A program made the translations under genes and the position numbers. This document shows positions 50,400 through 62,469 of a stretch of 64,000 nt of DNA, piece by piece. This stretch comes from Raillietiella orientalis. Its lineage: Eukaryota. Position 1 is the first letter of the stretch. Each line of letters starts with the position of its first letter. Under the pieces are notes generated by a model that searched no databases, was not told where the DNA came from, and saw only the letters and a list, made by a program, of their open reading frames with translations. The DNA is taken from positions 5,890,001 to 5,954,000 of the forward strand of contig JAYWIR010000004.1 of the NCBI GenBank assembly GCA_036172245.1, written 5' to 3'.

Positions 50400-53300
50400 C
50401 CACTGCTTCACCGTCTGTCGAACAAGTCGGAAGCAACATAAAGGCACTTTCCAGATCAAGGACAATCTCCCAATCTTCGCCGAAATTCTCCGTTTTACCG
50501 CCTTCCCACTTTCTTCGAAAAGGGGGCTTCTTCGAAATCCTGAAGTATTGCGACACTACCATCAGGCCGTCGTAAAAAGCCGCGCTGACTCCGGAGACTC
50601 GAAAAACAAAAAAAAACGCCCGTCGAGCGAACTTGCCGCTGCTCTCGGCGCTTCGTTTCCGTCCGGGCCATCCCCTTCAAGAATCCGCACAACCTCTCTC
50701 TCCAACGTGTCCTGCTGCTACCCCATCAGTGGCCAGGCAAGAGTCCAAACAGTTTATACCCGGGACGCACCACTTTTCCATGGCTGCGTGTTGACTGCCT
50801 TTTTTATGGTTGTTGCACGGCTATTCAGAATGGAAAGAGGTGCCAATCCAAGTGGTCTTTTGCAATTCAGCTTGAGCATTACGAGCTTCCAAGAGTTCAC
50901 AAGATTCGGCCACAGTAGTCTCCATCTTTCATCGTCGGTTCTAAGCTTTCGTTTTCCCACATCAGCAGATCCGTGGTTGTTATCGTATCCGGAATCCGTC
51001 GAAGACGGAGCTGACCTTGTCTTCGTCACGTTCCATCCTGGAAGTCTCTCGAATTTCTGTGCCCTCTCTGCTGAGGTGCGGTTGGAGACGCGGGGATCGT
51101 GGTACGCTCAAGGTCTCTCCCGGTTCCCGATGGCACGGCGTCACTCCAGGTTTCAGAGACTGAGCTCCCGTAGCGCTGCAAGGATTCGAAGCAAAGCTCC
51201 CCAAGCAAGCTGCAGAGAGGCGTGAAGCGGATCCTCCTCTTGGGAAAGGAGTTTCGCTTCTTGTCCACACATTTCTGTACGCCACATTCCCCTCCTTCAC
51301 GTCTGCGTGGAACCTTACAGCGCATCTGTCGCCAATTAAGCTCACTGCTGGCTTTCATGGAGCGAATGTCTGAATGAGCAATTTCACTCAAGGTGGTTTG
51401 TTTGCCCATTTCCCTCATGCGACATACCCTAAAGGAGGAAAGGAGTTTTTTCTGGTTCTTCCATCGTCTCCAGACTTCAGGAGAATGTGTTTCTTAGAAG
51501 AAAATTTAGAGAACTTCATTTCCATCCTTCGATTTCCCTTCATTTTCGTTCGCGCTCAGCTCCATTTTGAAATTCGCCCGTGAAACTTCCAGCTTTTTTT
51601 TCGGCTTACGGAAATCGGTTTCGTCCTTCTTCGTCGCAACCCGTTCTTCCATACGGAGTCTTCTTTACCATCCTAACTTTCGTGTGCATCGCCGTCATGC
51701 TGTCACTGTACTGAACTATCGAACTTTTCGTTGCCATGCAGACTGAGTTTTCAGAATCTGTTCGGATGCATTTCATTTCATCTCCAATGGTTGACTGCTG
51801 ATCAGACGCTGATACAAGGCTTGGGTGGGTTTGTTTCTTTGAGAGTTCCTTGCTTTGGTGACTGACCATTCCCATTCCTTGGTTTCCCGTCTTTGGAGCC
51901 TTCGAAATTCCTCCTGACTACTAATCGCCCAGCATCCCAGAATCTTGCCAGCCACCTTGCGCTTTCCTGTTTCCATTTACTTTTGAGTTTCTACCAGACT
52001 TGTCAACGTCTTGCATCACAAGCACCTGCAGGGGACAGTTTTCACCAACTTCTCAGCCTGTCTATTCTCTTTTCCTTTGATTCCTAGAGATCTTTTCATT
52101 ACGGGCGATGATCCAACCTATGCTTCCATCTTACCTCCTGGCAACGTTGCATGACTGAAGACATCGTTTCTTTTTTGATCTTTGTGCTCCTCCTACTCCT
52201 TGAAGGTTTTCAATTCCCTCAGTACTTTATCACTGGCCACATTCGAAGGTCCAAGAGATCCTGTTAGATTGTTCTTGAGGTAGCACGCATCCCTTTGAAG
52301 AGACACTTCTGTATGCTTCCTCTTCCGATGTCGATGAGTACTCACAGGGGGAAGCGATGTTCAATATGGTCACTTTTCCTTCGCTCTGGAGTAGGGGATA
52401 CGGCTGCGTTCCTGGCTTTGTTCCCAGAATGCTCTACGAGTTCCAGTCTTCCTGACTGAGGTCACTAGCTCTTCATGCCTCGCTGTAACCAGGATCTGGT
52501 TGGTGGATCTGGTCACAGGTCTTCCTGTTGGGGATGCGGCCTGTGGATTCCTCCCAACTTCGACGCTGTTTGCATGAGTGTCGGTTCCACCACCGGCCAA
52601 CGATCTCCACACGGGTAGGAGGTCGAGTCATGCTGCATGAAGAAGCCTAGGATCTGCAGATCGAAGATGTTTTCGTTGTTGAAGAGGAAGTGCCCCGAAC
52701 CTTGATGATGCTCAACTCATGGTGTGGTTTTCCCCTCGATCCAGATGTTTCGTGACGACTTGAAAATCAATCATTAGTAGGGAACCGGCTGAGCTCCGAA
52801 GACAATAGCTTTTGCTTAACTTGCAGCAACCCTGAACTTGAATCTATGCATTCCCTCTGGTCAGCAGAAGCAGTTACACCCTTTAGGGATCTCGTTGGGG
52901 GGTGGGGGAGGTGGCGCCATAGGAAAGCGCGGCAGATGGGAGCAACCGACCGAGATTCGTTAATGCACCCGAGAAACACCGCGTAGTCTCTGGATGAGTT
53001 CCCGAAAACCCTGCGCTTCGTACCCTAAAGAAGAGTGGAACGTCGAAAGATCTCGCAATTGGGGAACTCGACCTCCTCGTTCAGTCTGCTCCGGATTCGT
53101 GAACCCGAGTTTCCGTTATCCCCTAAGGACTCGTGAGAGCACTTTGCAGCTTCAGTGTCTTTCCTTTCGGTTTCGACGGATTAATGCGCCCTGATGGATA
53201 TTTTTCCTCGATCAAACTGCAAAGAGTTCGTCGCCTTCTGAAAATGTCATCCTTTTGTATTTTGTTTCCTTTGGAAACTTTGGCTGCATCACACCCGCTT

Positions 53301-53470
53301 TATTGACTGCAGGCCTTGCTTCCCTTGCTTGATGCTCTCAAGATCAGCCTCTCCAAATTTCGGCATCTCCTTCCCTTCCTTCGCAAGGACCTGTTTTTCT
53401 GATATCGAGAGAGATAAATCCACTATTTGGCGAGCCACGTTGTTGTGCTCTAAGTTGATGTTCAAGTCCA
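50400..53470 (-). mobile_element. Decayed RTE-like LINE ORF2
   Basis: Motifs in order with RT-like spacing: EELVTSVRK near 52474, LFK/GDACYLKNN..SNVASDKVL near 52300, VMQRCQE (MRQLQEK), VQYSDSM 51716-51696 (YADD, about 200 codons after LFKG), EIAHSDIRSMKAS and YGSSVSETWS 51172-51143 (YG.ETW). Confidence 0.5.
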
Positions 53471-55279
53471 CACGATTCGATGGACATCGTCACAGGTAAA
53501 AACTCTTCTCTTAGAAAAGAGCCTCACTGTGTGCGCTATTTCTTTCTCTCTCTCTCTCACTCATTTTGAAGCGTCTTCGTATGCTGAGGGAAATGATTTC
53601 ATTTTAGTTTTCTCTTTTGCCGTTCAGCAGCCGTTCTTGAAAACAGAAATCCGTTCCTAGAACTGACAAGGGTGCTCCTCTCACCATGGAAAGCGTGAGG
53701 AGCTATCGCAAAGTGAAAACTCGATTGTATACTTCGTGCGGTAGTTTATAACAGAGTATAAGGATTTCTGGATGAAGTGGGAATCAAGTTAGATAGGAAT
53801 TGAAAGGGCAATATGTGGAGGAAATCCAACTAGCACCTTATGATTTCGAAAATTGAAAGTCATGGTGATCATCATACGAACCTCGAGAACACCAAGTGAA
53901 AAACTCAGCTTGGGAATCTGTTCCACACTGCTCTTTATTGTGAGCATGGCGCTCACTAAGAAAAAAAAAAGGAAAGTAATGCATCTGTGGATACATGAAG
54001 ACGATCTGTCTGTGGTGGCAGTAGCCTCATGATTTATTCAGATTAGCTACGGGGAAACTGGTGAATGCAAATAAAATCCGTCCTCATGCGATTCTTCATT
54101 CCGGTTGGATACAACCATCGAGAACCGAGTTACCGTTCCTCGCATTCTCTGCAGCCAGCGCAGAAGATGCGAATAAGCTATTCGAGGATGGAAAATAATC
54201 GTAGAGAGCACCTCTGAGTGCTCAGAGGCAGAAAGAAGTTCACCTGCTGGTAGCGCTGCTGAAACTCATGAAAACAACTGCCCGAATGATGCAACCAAGC
54301 AAAACCTGGAGGATTGAATGAGACAGCACGAGTGGGCAAGCGAGCTTTCCTGTGATTTCAAGAGCTGCAGTGGCAACTCCCGAGTTCAGTCGAAAAGGTA
54401 CTGCTGGTAAACAGCATTGGATGCTTGCGTATGGTCTATTGGATCGGTCGGGCTGCTTTGCGCAGAGGTGAGAGGACAAGGGGTGTGTCACGTAGTTTTA
54501 TTCTAAATTAAAACATGCCAATGAGAAATCTCAGCACCTCGGGTGAAATTTGCTTAAATAGGCCTGACGGTGCGGTAGTTTCCCCACAAGTTTCCCGGAA
54601 TTAGGCATCGTCATCGGATTACTTCAGCTTTCAAACTTCGATTTTATGCTAGTAACTAGATAGGAAGCCTTGATAGAACCAGCTGATTGCTTTCTTTCAC
54701 TTTTATTCCTTCAGCGAGAGTGCCGGCATTGGTGGTTTTGATGTTTTCTCATTCTATGAAGTGCACTATGTTCTGGTGGATGCAATGGGTCGATTCCTTT
54801 TTCTGAGTCCTATTTTTTTTTACAAGTTCTTGACAGTATTCTCCAGCAATCTAATTTCCATTTCATCTTTTGCTTCAAACTGGTACAGTGAATCGCAGTC
54901 TTTTTGATGTTTCCATCATCTTCTCCGTGCTACTAGTACCCGTCGCGATGGAGACCAAGATTCAGCTTTGTGCCGCTATAGATTCCCCGCATTAAAGTTG
55001 CTTCCCAGTTTAGCCAGTTGACCTGATGGCCGCTTAGCATGCTGCTTCCAAAGCTCTAACAATTATCTTGAAATGCATCAGAATGCATTTAACACGAAGC
55101 ACCAATCACGCTTAAGCTTCAGCACCGATGCTGTTGAATCTTTCATATTTTATGCATGGACGGTACTTAGCTCTATCACCTTTAGCTAGTTTTACGTAGA
55201 GTTTTGCTAATTAAACAACTGCTCTTCGTGTTTACTTGAGCTGACCATGACTTGTTTGATATCGCTCTAACCTAACCAA

Positions 55280-56050
55280 ACACATACAGTGATGCATTTT
55301 ATTACGGCAGCAGAATTTTCTGGTGATCTTGCTATGTGCTGCTGGCATGAAGTGCTGGCCACAAGAGACGATGTTCATCCTCGTTGGAGTAAGCACAATA
55401 TTTTGGGACTTTTAATCCATAAGGATGCTTGTTTCTCAAATGGCGAAGTCAGGGAGAAGAGCTTCTTTCTGTCAGTTACCGAGTGGATCATTCATACCTC
55501 ATTAAAGTGAAATCTCGAGTTAAGTTGAACAAGAGAACAGTCTTACGCTCAAGATCCAGGAGCTCCCGTGATCCAATTTTGCGGGGATTGCTGGCAAAGC
55601 CAATCTGCCTCTCCTCACAGAGATCTCCTAGCGGTGTCTCTCTCGCTAGGGAACAGAGCAGCAACAGAAATTTCGATTATGGGGGAAACCTGTTCGCGTT
55701 CAAAGCTCCAAAGCATGAAGCAGAGTCGACTGTTCAAGAATCGTATTGTTCCTTGTCTTTCATAGTGTTAAGGTCGACCTGTTTGTATTGGACGAGGATT
55801 CATTGCTTCCATCGATGGTTGATATCTCCTGGAAAAGTTGATGCGTCACCATTCTTCTGTTCCCCCTGACTTGCAAGCGACAGAAAATGAAGGGATTCTG
55901 GATGGGACCCCAGAAAAATATGAGAAGTGCCAGTGAAAGACAGACTCCAGAAACCTAATCTTTCCACAGTGTCTTTCACTGTGGAAAGATTAGGTTTTCA
56001 GCCTTGCCTTCGACCGAATAGACGCATGAGAAATTACATGAAAAGATTGG
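55280..56050 (+). mobile_element. Decayed CR1/L2-like LINE (endonuclease-RT linker and early RT)
   Basis: FSGDLAMCCWHEVLATRDDVHPRW...LIHKDA...VREKS...VTEWI matches the linker pattern F..DL....W..VL...DDV...W...LI.KHAP...VR.K...W.T..I. KPICLSS (RPISL) follows. Confidence 0.5.
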
Positions 56051-56339
56051 CTAGAAAAAAGATTCTGCAATCTTTTGAACGGCAGGGCTCACACGATTCA
56101 GGGACCGCTGGAATACATAACAAACGAAGGGATTTTCCTATTTGCAGTGAACTTAACCTCACGCCAAATTCGGTTTGTTTCCTGTGTGTGCAGTTTTTCT
56201 AATCTTGTAATCTTCTAATCTATCGAATGAGCGATTGCTGTTCAAAGAACTCAAGAACGAAGATGCGCTTCATTTTTATTCAATTTTGGCACTTGCATTA
56301 AATGTTCAGGGAACACTGAAATTTTCACTGTTGCTATCC

Positions 56340-56540
56340 TGCCGGAGGCGCCCTGAAGTGGTTCGTCCTGGATGGCAACCTTAGATGTGTCTTCAGTCCC
56401 TGTTGTGCTGAATACCGACGCGCGTCATCCTCTTCATGTGTTTTTCCCGTGTTACAGGCTTCCTGAGTTCTCTGATTACATTGTCGTTCTTTGGGTCTCA
56501 CTCTCCCAAAGGCCCTACTGCTAGTGTGAAGCTGGTACTC
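56340..56540 (-). mobile_element. RTE-like LINE 3'-end fragment
   Basis: GRVRPKERQ (RGRPK.RW) and THEEDDARR (EEDA.DR..W). Confidence 0.35.
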
Positions 56541-56551
56541 CTCTGCGTGCT

Positions 56552-57350
56552 GGGTCCACTGAGACATTTGGTACACACTAAAAGCTCCTCGAGATTGGGT
56601 CCTGTCCAAAAGGTCCATGAGCATATTTGGTCCAAGGCTTATAAACAATACAAGTATTTAATGCTAAAAAATTTTATTTACGTTATTTTTTATTGTAATT
56701 TGTGATGGATTTCAGATTTTACTTTATTCTTGTTCTTCCTCGTCGCCACGTTGAGCAGGGTTCTTTTTAATTCGATGAGCAGCTGCTCTTCAGTATATCT
56801 GGACCAGCTTTATATTCGTTACATCTGTTAACTTCGGTTATATTTGTTGAATTTTGTCGATCTCGTCATGAAACTGGTGGCCGTATTTGAGTGGGACCAC
56901 CAAGAATTTGGATGATGACTTGCGCGTTGTTTTGCGGCTCGTCTTTTAACACTCCAGGGAATCTCCACCTAAAAGGATAATGCACCATTATCAGTTTTTG
57001 AAATTTTGCTTTGCTACCTTTCCACTGTGTTCTTTACCTCCATTGGCTCAGTTCTGACAGATCTCCGTTCAGTACTGATGTGTAGACATTCCAAGCTTCT
57101 GGTCCCCTTCTGCCTCTGCTATGCCTTTCACGGATATACACTCTTTCAATACAATGCATTAGTGTATCCAAATTTTTGATGGAGTATTATAACCCAAGGA
57201 AGTTTTCCAGAAAGAACCAAATATCAAGGGTATTTGTCGCAGACTAAATGTCTCAGTTGGTCTTTTGAACAGAACCAAATTTCAAGGACCTTTTGAAGTG
57301 AACCAAATGTCTCAGTAAACCTTTTGGACAGGACCAAATATCCGCTAATC
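56552..57350 (-). mobile_element. Internally deleted Mutator-superfamily (MULE/Phantom-like) DNA transposon with sub-repeated inverted termini
   Basis: Perfect inverted matches actgagacatttggt (56558-56572) / accaaatgtctcagt (57302-57316) and ggtcctgtccaaaaggt (56598-56614) / accttttggacaggacc (57319-57335), with about 29-nt tandem subrepeats at 57213-57345. Between them the minus strand (57173 to about 56896) reads LDTLMHCIERVYIR...PEAWNVYTSVLNG..NTVER*/FQKLIMVHYPFRWRFPGVLKDE, matching the MULE C-terminus YFE.TYI...WN.Y..VL....NN.VEGW..F....HP..W.F...LK.EQ. Confidence 0.7.
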
Positions 57351-57949
57351 GCTCCTTTTCACGAAGGTTCCTGAATAGAAACCATTATCCAAGACAAATA
57401 CGCTGACTTCTCTCTTATAAAGAGAAATGAAAGAAATGGACGTCTAGCGCTCCAGCTGGTGGATTGTTGTTTCCTATTCTCTACTTTTATTCCATCTCCA
57501 GCTCAGCACTTCTAGGTTGTATCACGTGAAGGAGTCGTGTACTTGCTCATGAAACATCCCCGTCACTGGAAGAAGCCCAGTAAACGATGAGGAGGTTTCT
57601 GAAAGTCCTTTCTCTTGAAATTTCGTGCAAATACTGGTACGTGTACACGAGCTTTCAAAACCTATTTCCACCAACCACTGAACCACAGAAAGCAGTGCGA
57701 CTGGAAATGAAAGTTTTGCTTTAGAATGGAAAATAGCTTACGAAAACAGTTGGTGTTTGGAACGGTCAATGGAGTGCAATTTGGCAAAGAGGAGTTTATG
57801 CGGTGGCAGTCAGCAACTTATTTGAAATGCTAAATTGACCCAGTTTCCATGATTGTGGTCCTAGGTGAAAGTTCACGGGCAAAGGCAGAATGGGGGGGGG
57901 GGGGTAGCTTTTCCGAACTAGTTCAGGTTTTAGGAAATTTGAATCTTGA

Positions 57950-58620
57950 GTTTTGAAAGCACACCAATTTCATCATCCGACCGTAGGAGGGCATTTTAGT
58001 TACCAGTTGAGGTTTTGGGTGGTTTTAAAGAAATTCACTCTTAATTTGCAGTGTTGTGTCCCCTTGCCTAGTATACAATCCACAACGTTATTGGTAAATC
58101 TACGTAACAACTTGGTATTCATACAATCCATTTTCGTGACCAGAATCAACGAGCAGTACAGTTTATCTTGGTCAGTGTACTTTGTGGAATGTCGCGGAAG
58201 GACGGAGGAACTTAGAATTGTGATTGTCTACTACTGTTGGATTCATTCTTCAAATTTAGGAACAAGTTGGTTCCCCTACTCATTTGGGATCACTGATAGC
58301 GATTTAACGAGACAAGTACACCTTGGTGAGATCTATCAAAGGAAGGCAGCGAGCATCAAATATCTCAAAACTCGAGAAGAACTTGAAAACTTGGTTCTGC
58401 TTCTTGTTATCATCCTTCCTTCAGAATAAATAGGTCGAAACCACGGATCGGATCTCTCTGCATGTATTGCTGGTTTGTTTGTTTCAATTGAAGACTTTAA
58501 GAGAGTTCGTGCTCAAAAGAGGAAGCGCTACAACTCGCTTCTGAAATCTTCTATCTAAATTTGCCTGTTTCTCCTCCCAATAATTTCAGAGTACTGATTT
58601 TAACCATATATCTGCTCCTC
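57950..58620 (+). mobile_element. Decayed CR1/L2/Jockey-like RT fragment (domain 5 to thumb)
   Basis: Y/NNLVF (YADDLVL) and FGITDSDLTRQVHLGEIYQRKAA near 58284-58350 (LGI..DS.LTW..HI..I..KA). Confidence 0.5.
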
Positions 58621-61009
58621 CTTGGGTCCTTTCACGACCGCAGTTTTCAAAGTTGTTGATTGGAAACTGATAGCTTGCGTTTACCATATGCTGCAATAAT
58701 CGGGAGAAGCGAGCTGGAAGCACACTCGACCGTGCTCCAACCCATTTCGATCACTCCAGCCATCAGGATGGCCAGCCAGGTTTCAAACCCTTCTTACGAC
58801 CAGCGAGAGCCTCTCAAATGGAAAGGGTCCGTGAAGAACAGTTCATGAAGACCCATGGGGAGAGCATGCATTATTGAGTCTTCAGTTGGTTTATTGAACC
58901 TTGAGGTCTACCCTGGAAGTTGCGTTCTGACTGAATCGTGGTGCTCGGACGGGAAAAAACGGCTGCTGACCGAAAGGGAAACCTGAAGCGAAGCACCTCT
59001 ACAACCTCGGGAAATTTCATTAAGAGGAGAAAATCATTCGTCTGGAGCTTGAATGGAGTTCCAGACTGCTTCATCCCTGACCCTCCACATGCTTCCATCC
59101 TTCTGTGATCCATGAAAGGAACCTTCCCTGCCTCAGTGCGAGAAATGCCAGGACGCCTGCCTTCCTGGCATTTGTCGGACTGCCACTCATTCTGTTTGTG
59201 AAGGGAGAGAAGGGAGTGGTAGTGAGATGTGTTCCATCCGCAACCCGCATCCGCCAGGTGAACTGACGGTCGTTCCGACTTGTTCCTTCGTATGAGTCTC
59301 TAATCTGGGTGAGCGGAACGGTGCCTCTGCTAGCACGCAGAAGGACTGAAGTCGAAAGCAAAAGCTTCCTAAATCCTCTTCGCCTTCCTCACGGAACGCG
59401 AAACTCATAATGGGCAGACAGCAAATTGAGGTAAAGATCCTAGTACTGGACGACAATTACCAAGAGAGCATCTTTGGAAGTCGGAATCCCATTCACCAGT
59501 CTCGGGATACAACGGCGGGCCAGCTAGGAAGAACGAGGGAGGAAGGAATGGTTTGCCAAAATGAGTTCAGGATTTTCCCACTCCCTCCCTGTTCGTTCCC
59601 TGTTCTTCCTGGTTGAAAAATTCCTCTGCAATTCATCCGCCATCGGTATCTCATCCGAGGCTTTGGAACTATAAAATTTTCCCCTTCGAGGAGTTTCGTC
59701 TGCCAGCGTCGACTTGGAGCTCCTCTGCTTCTCGCTGAGCTGATAAAGCATTAAAACAACCGAATCGTGTTTATGGAGCACGAAAGTCGACGTGTTTACG
59801 TTCCCAAGTGGTAAGGTCATGAATGGGGGATGCCTGCCTCCGTGTGGAATTTCCGTAGCTGCATGAAAGGAACATCCATCTCGCGGGTTTTCGCAAGAAG
59901 CATAGACTCCAACAGTGATGACACAGCTCGTTTCATCCCCGCTTTCGGAGATGGGTCGGGATTTCACGGAATCGAATCGTCTCGTGGGGACCACCTCACA
60001 CATCCGCTGCTTCCTTGAAAGAGAAACAACAAGACGACTCGGAAGTTCATTCGGTGCAGGCTGCTCAAGAGGCAGGACCCTTCTAGAAATGTTAAGAAAG
60101 GCGCGAACCGTATTCGTACAGCAGGCAGCTTTCCGGGATGGTGGTGGAGTCTTGAGGTTCCTGAATCATTCCTCTTCCCTCTGCAAGTCACTTCTGGATA
60201 CAATTCTTCCTTTGTAGGGCATAGCATTGCCTAGGTTTATCTTTGGAAGAAATCAGAGTTATCCTGTACGTGACGTATTTTCAATTTTTCTGGTGTCAAA
60301 AGTCATCCTTGTTTGCTGCTGTACCGAATTATTGCAGCAGCTTTTGTGTGTCCTGGAAGCAACCAGGTTTGCGCAGAAACACTGTGAGCTTCCGGAGAGA
60401 GATACTGCACATTCCACAGAATACACTGGAAAGCATGCATCGGTGCAACTTTGAAACTTTGAAAAAAGGGAATAAAATGGCGTGCTGCTTTTCTTTCTTT
60501 TTTTTTACGACAGTGTCTTGGAACTAGATAAGAAACAGCAGTTTCTATAGATAGGTGGTGATCGGAAACAAGAGACCATCCTGGGAAAAATTAGGCCAAA
60601 TGTTTATTTCATGCAATAATTTTAACTGCTTATTGCTTAACGTTAATTATTTCTGGTTGTGATAATAGCAGCTAGGCATTTTCAAAGTGGAAAATAAATC
60701 GAAACGATTTCTAGGGCAGTATTGATGGACAGATCGAATTCTTCTCAGCACGTGGAACGCAGTATGTGAAATTTTCAATTATAAGCTCGTTCTAAGGATT
60801 TCTCTAAATATAAAGGATGGAAGCATCGCGAATCTATTTCGTCCCTACTCTTTAGTGTTCTTACAGCCTGCCCCTAAAGGGCGCGCGCGCGCGCGTTTGA
60901 TAATTTGTTTTCGTTTAAAATATGTTGCTAAAATGAAAAATGATCTTATAATGTAGGATCACATTTCATGTAAAATGGCCTCCTTTTAAGCATTAAATGT
61001 GACAAAATT

Positions 61010-61031
61010 ATACCCTACATATGTAGGGTAT
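61010..61031. repeat. Perfect 22-bp palindrome
   Basis: ATACCCTACAT|ATGTAGGGTAT, with no spacer. Confidence 0.9.
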
Positions 61032-61444
61032 GGAACAAAATGTGAATTTAATATAGAACTTGTTAAGCAAAGAGCATTTCTCATGAAATAAATTTTAGAT
61101 AAATTATTGTTGGAGTGGCTTTCGCAGAATTATACCAATATGATCAGCATATGTTTAAAGGGCCTGGGCCCAAATTATACAATTTGAAACTTGGAATGTA
61201 ATTGGCCACAACTTTGTAATGGACCTCAAATCGTTGTGTTCTCGGTATGGAGAACCTCCATTTAGTAAGAGCCAAGCTCCATTAAATTGTTTTTCGTTAT
61301 TTTCAATACTTCGAAGAGATGAGTAATGTCTGTGTATTTTCATTTCTCTAGAATTTCTAATCTTGTGTGCTAATTGCATTTGATTGGTCTGAAAATCTGC
61401 ACGTGATGATATGATAACTGGCAATTGCATCTTTGTGCTCGTAG

Positions 61445-61675
61445 ATAAAACTCTACATGAGCCAGCTTCCGACTGAAAAAATACCACTTCTAAACTCCGA
61501 AGGGATGAAATACCGTGAGAAACAGCTGATGTTCCAACTGCCTCGTCAGGACCTATCACTGATGTATTGCCGACACGTAGAAGCCCAGTATCACCAGTGC
61601 TACGAACAGTTCATAAACGCAAGGAATGACATTGCTCTGGACACAGGATACGTGAAAGATTTGACGAAAGCCATG
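61445..61675 (+). CDS. Lmpt: Limpet/PET-LIM gene exon 4 (PET domain core)
   Basis: Acceptor ctcgtAG, then IKLYMSQLPTEKIPLLNSEGMKYREKQLMFQLPRQDLSLMYCRHVEAQYHQCYEQFINARNDIALDTGYVKD, matching the Limpet-type PET QLP.QDLSL..C.H.E....ARNEIALD..Y.KD. Donor ATG|GTATAA, phase 0/0. Exons 1-4 total 774 nt (258 codons). Confidence 0.95.
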
Positions 61676-62469
61676 GTATAAACTTTCTTGTTTCTGTCGT
61701 CTCGAACCTTTTCAACTGCTTTTTATATCAGTTGCTTGTTTCGATCCCTTTTTCTGATTGCATTGCTAAAATGATCTTCCCATCATCTAAGAAACACACG
61801 TTTTGTTGCCGTTTCGAGAAATCCACGCCACAGTGATCTGCAATTCCAATGATTCGAGCATGAAAGACACAGTAATAGTTTCCTTAGCACTTACATACAT
61901 CAATCATAATGGCGATAGTGCACAATTTGGCATGTTTAGCAGATTTGTCCTTTCGTGAAAATTCAGAAAACAACTAGAGAATACGAATATGAAACATGTA
62001 AAATATCATCATAAAGAATGCTTTCTCGGGCACTGAGTCCGTTGGATTGTGAAAGGATTTAGCAATGATTTTAGGATAATAATTTTAGGATTCTCTTAAG
62101 TTCTATCCGAGTCCCTTGTGCGCCATCCGTAAAAATAAGTCACATTTCGGGAGAACGGAGTCACTTGACCAACACAAAGTAGTCATCACTGACTTACGAG
62201 GACGCGCTCAATTGTGAAAATCTAAAAATGCCAAAAGATCAAATCTCAGTACAGAACGCATGTAACGATGCATCGTCATGTGATTTGTTATCTGAATACC
62301 AGAGCTGGAGCTGTTTCCATTAATGGAAGGAGTGTGCCTTTCCAAACAAACAAACAAAAAATGACCGATAAGTGCGTTGCTAAAAAGCGTCGAGTCGAAG
62401 GCGACGGCTCTCTTCTGGGAATAACAGTCAAGGAAGAAACAGAGTTTCGCTCTACAGTTTTATGAGAAC

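Noticed and set aside
50239..51225. 328-aa ORF starting LWVPPW, resembling the PET WVPPG motif
   Set aside because: The true WVPPG exon is at 48828-48996. This ORF is antisense to the RTE fossil and has no other PET similarity.
57213..57345. CRISPR-like array of about 29-nt units
   Set aside because: The units are degenerate, directly tandem and have no unique spacers. The context is eukaryotic with no cas genes. They are better explained as transposon subterminal repeats.
58650..60450. Further protein-like decayed segment (KILVLDDN..., LEMLRKARTVF)
   Set aside because: Possibly a LINE endonuclease/linker remnant, but there are too few ordered motifs to call.
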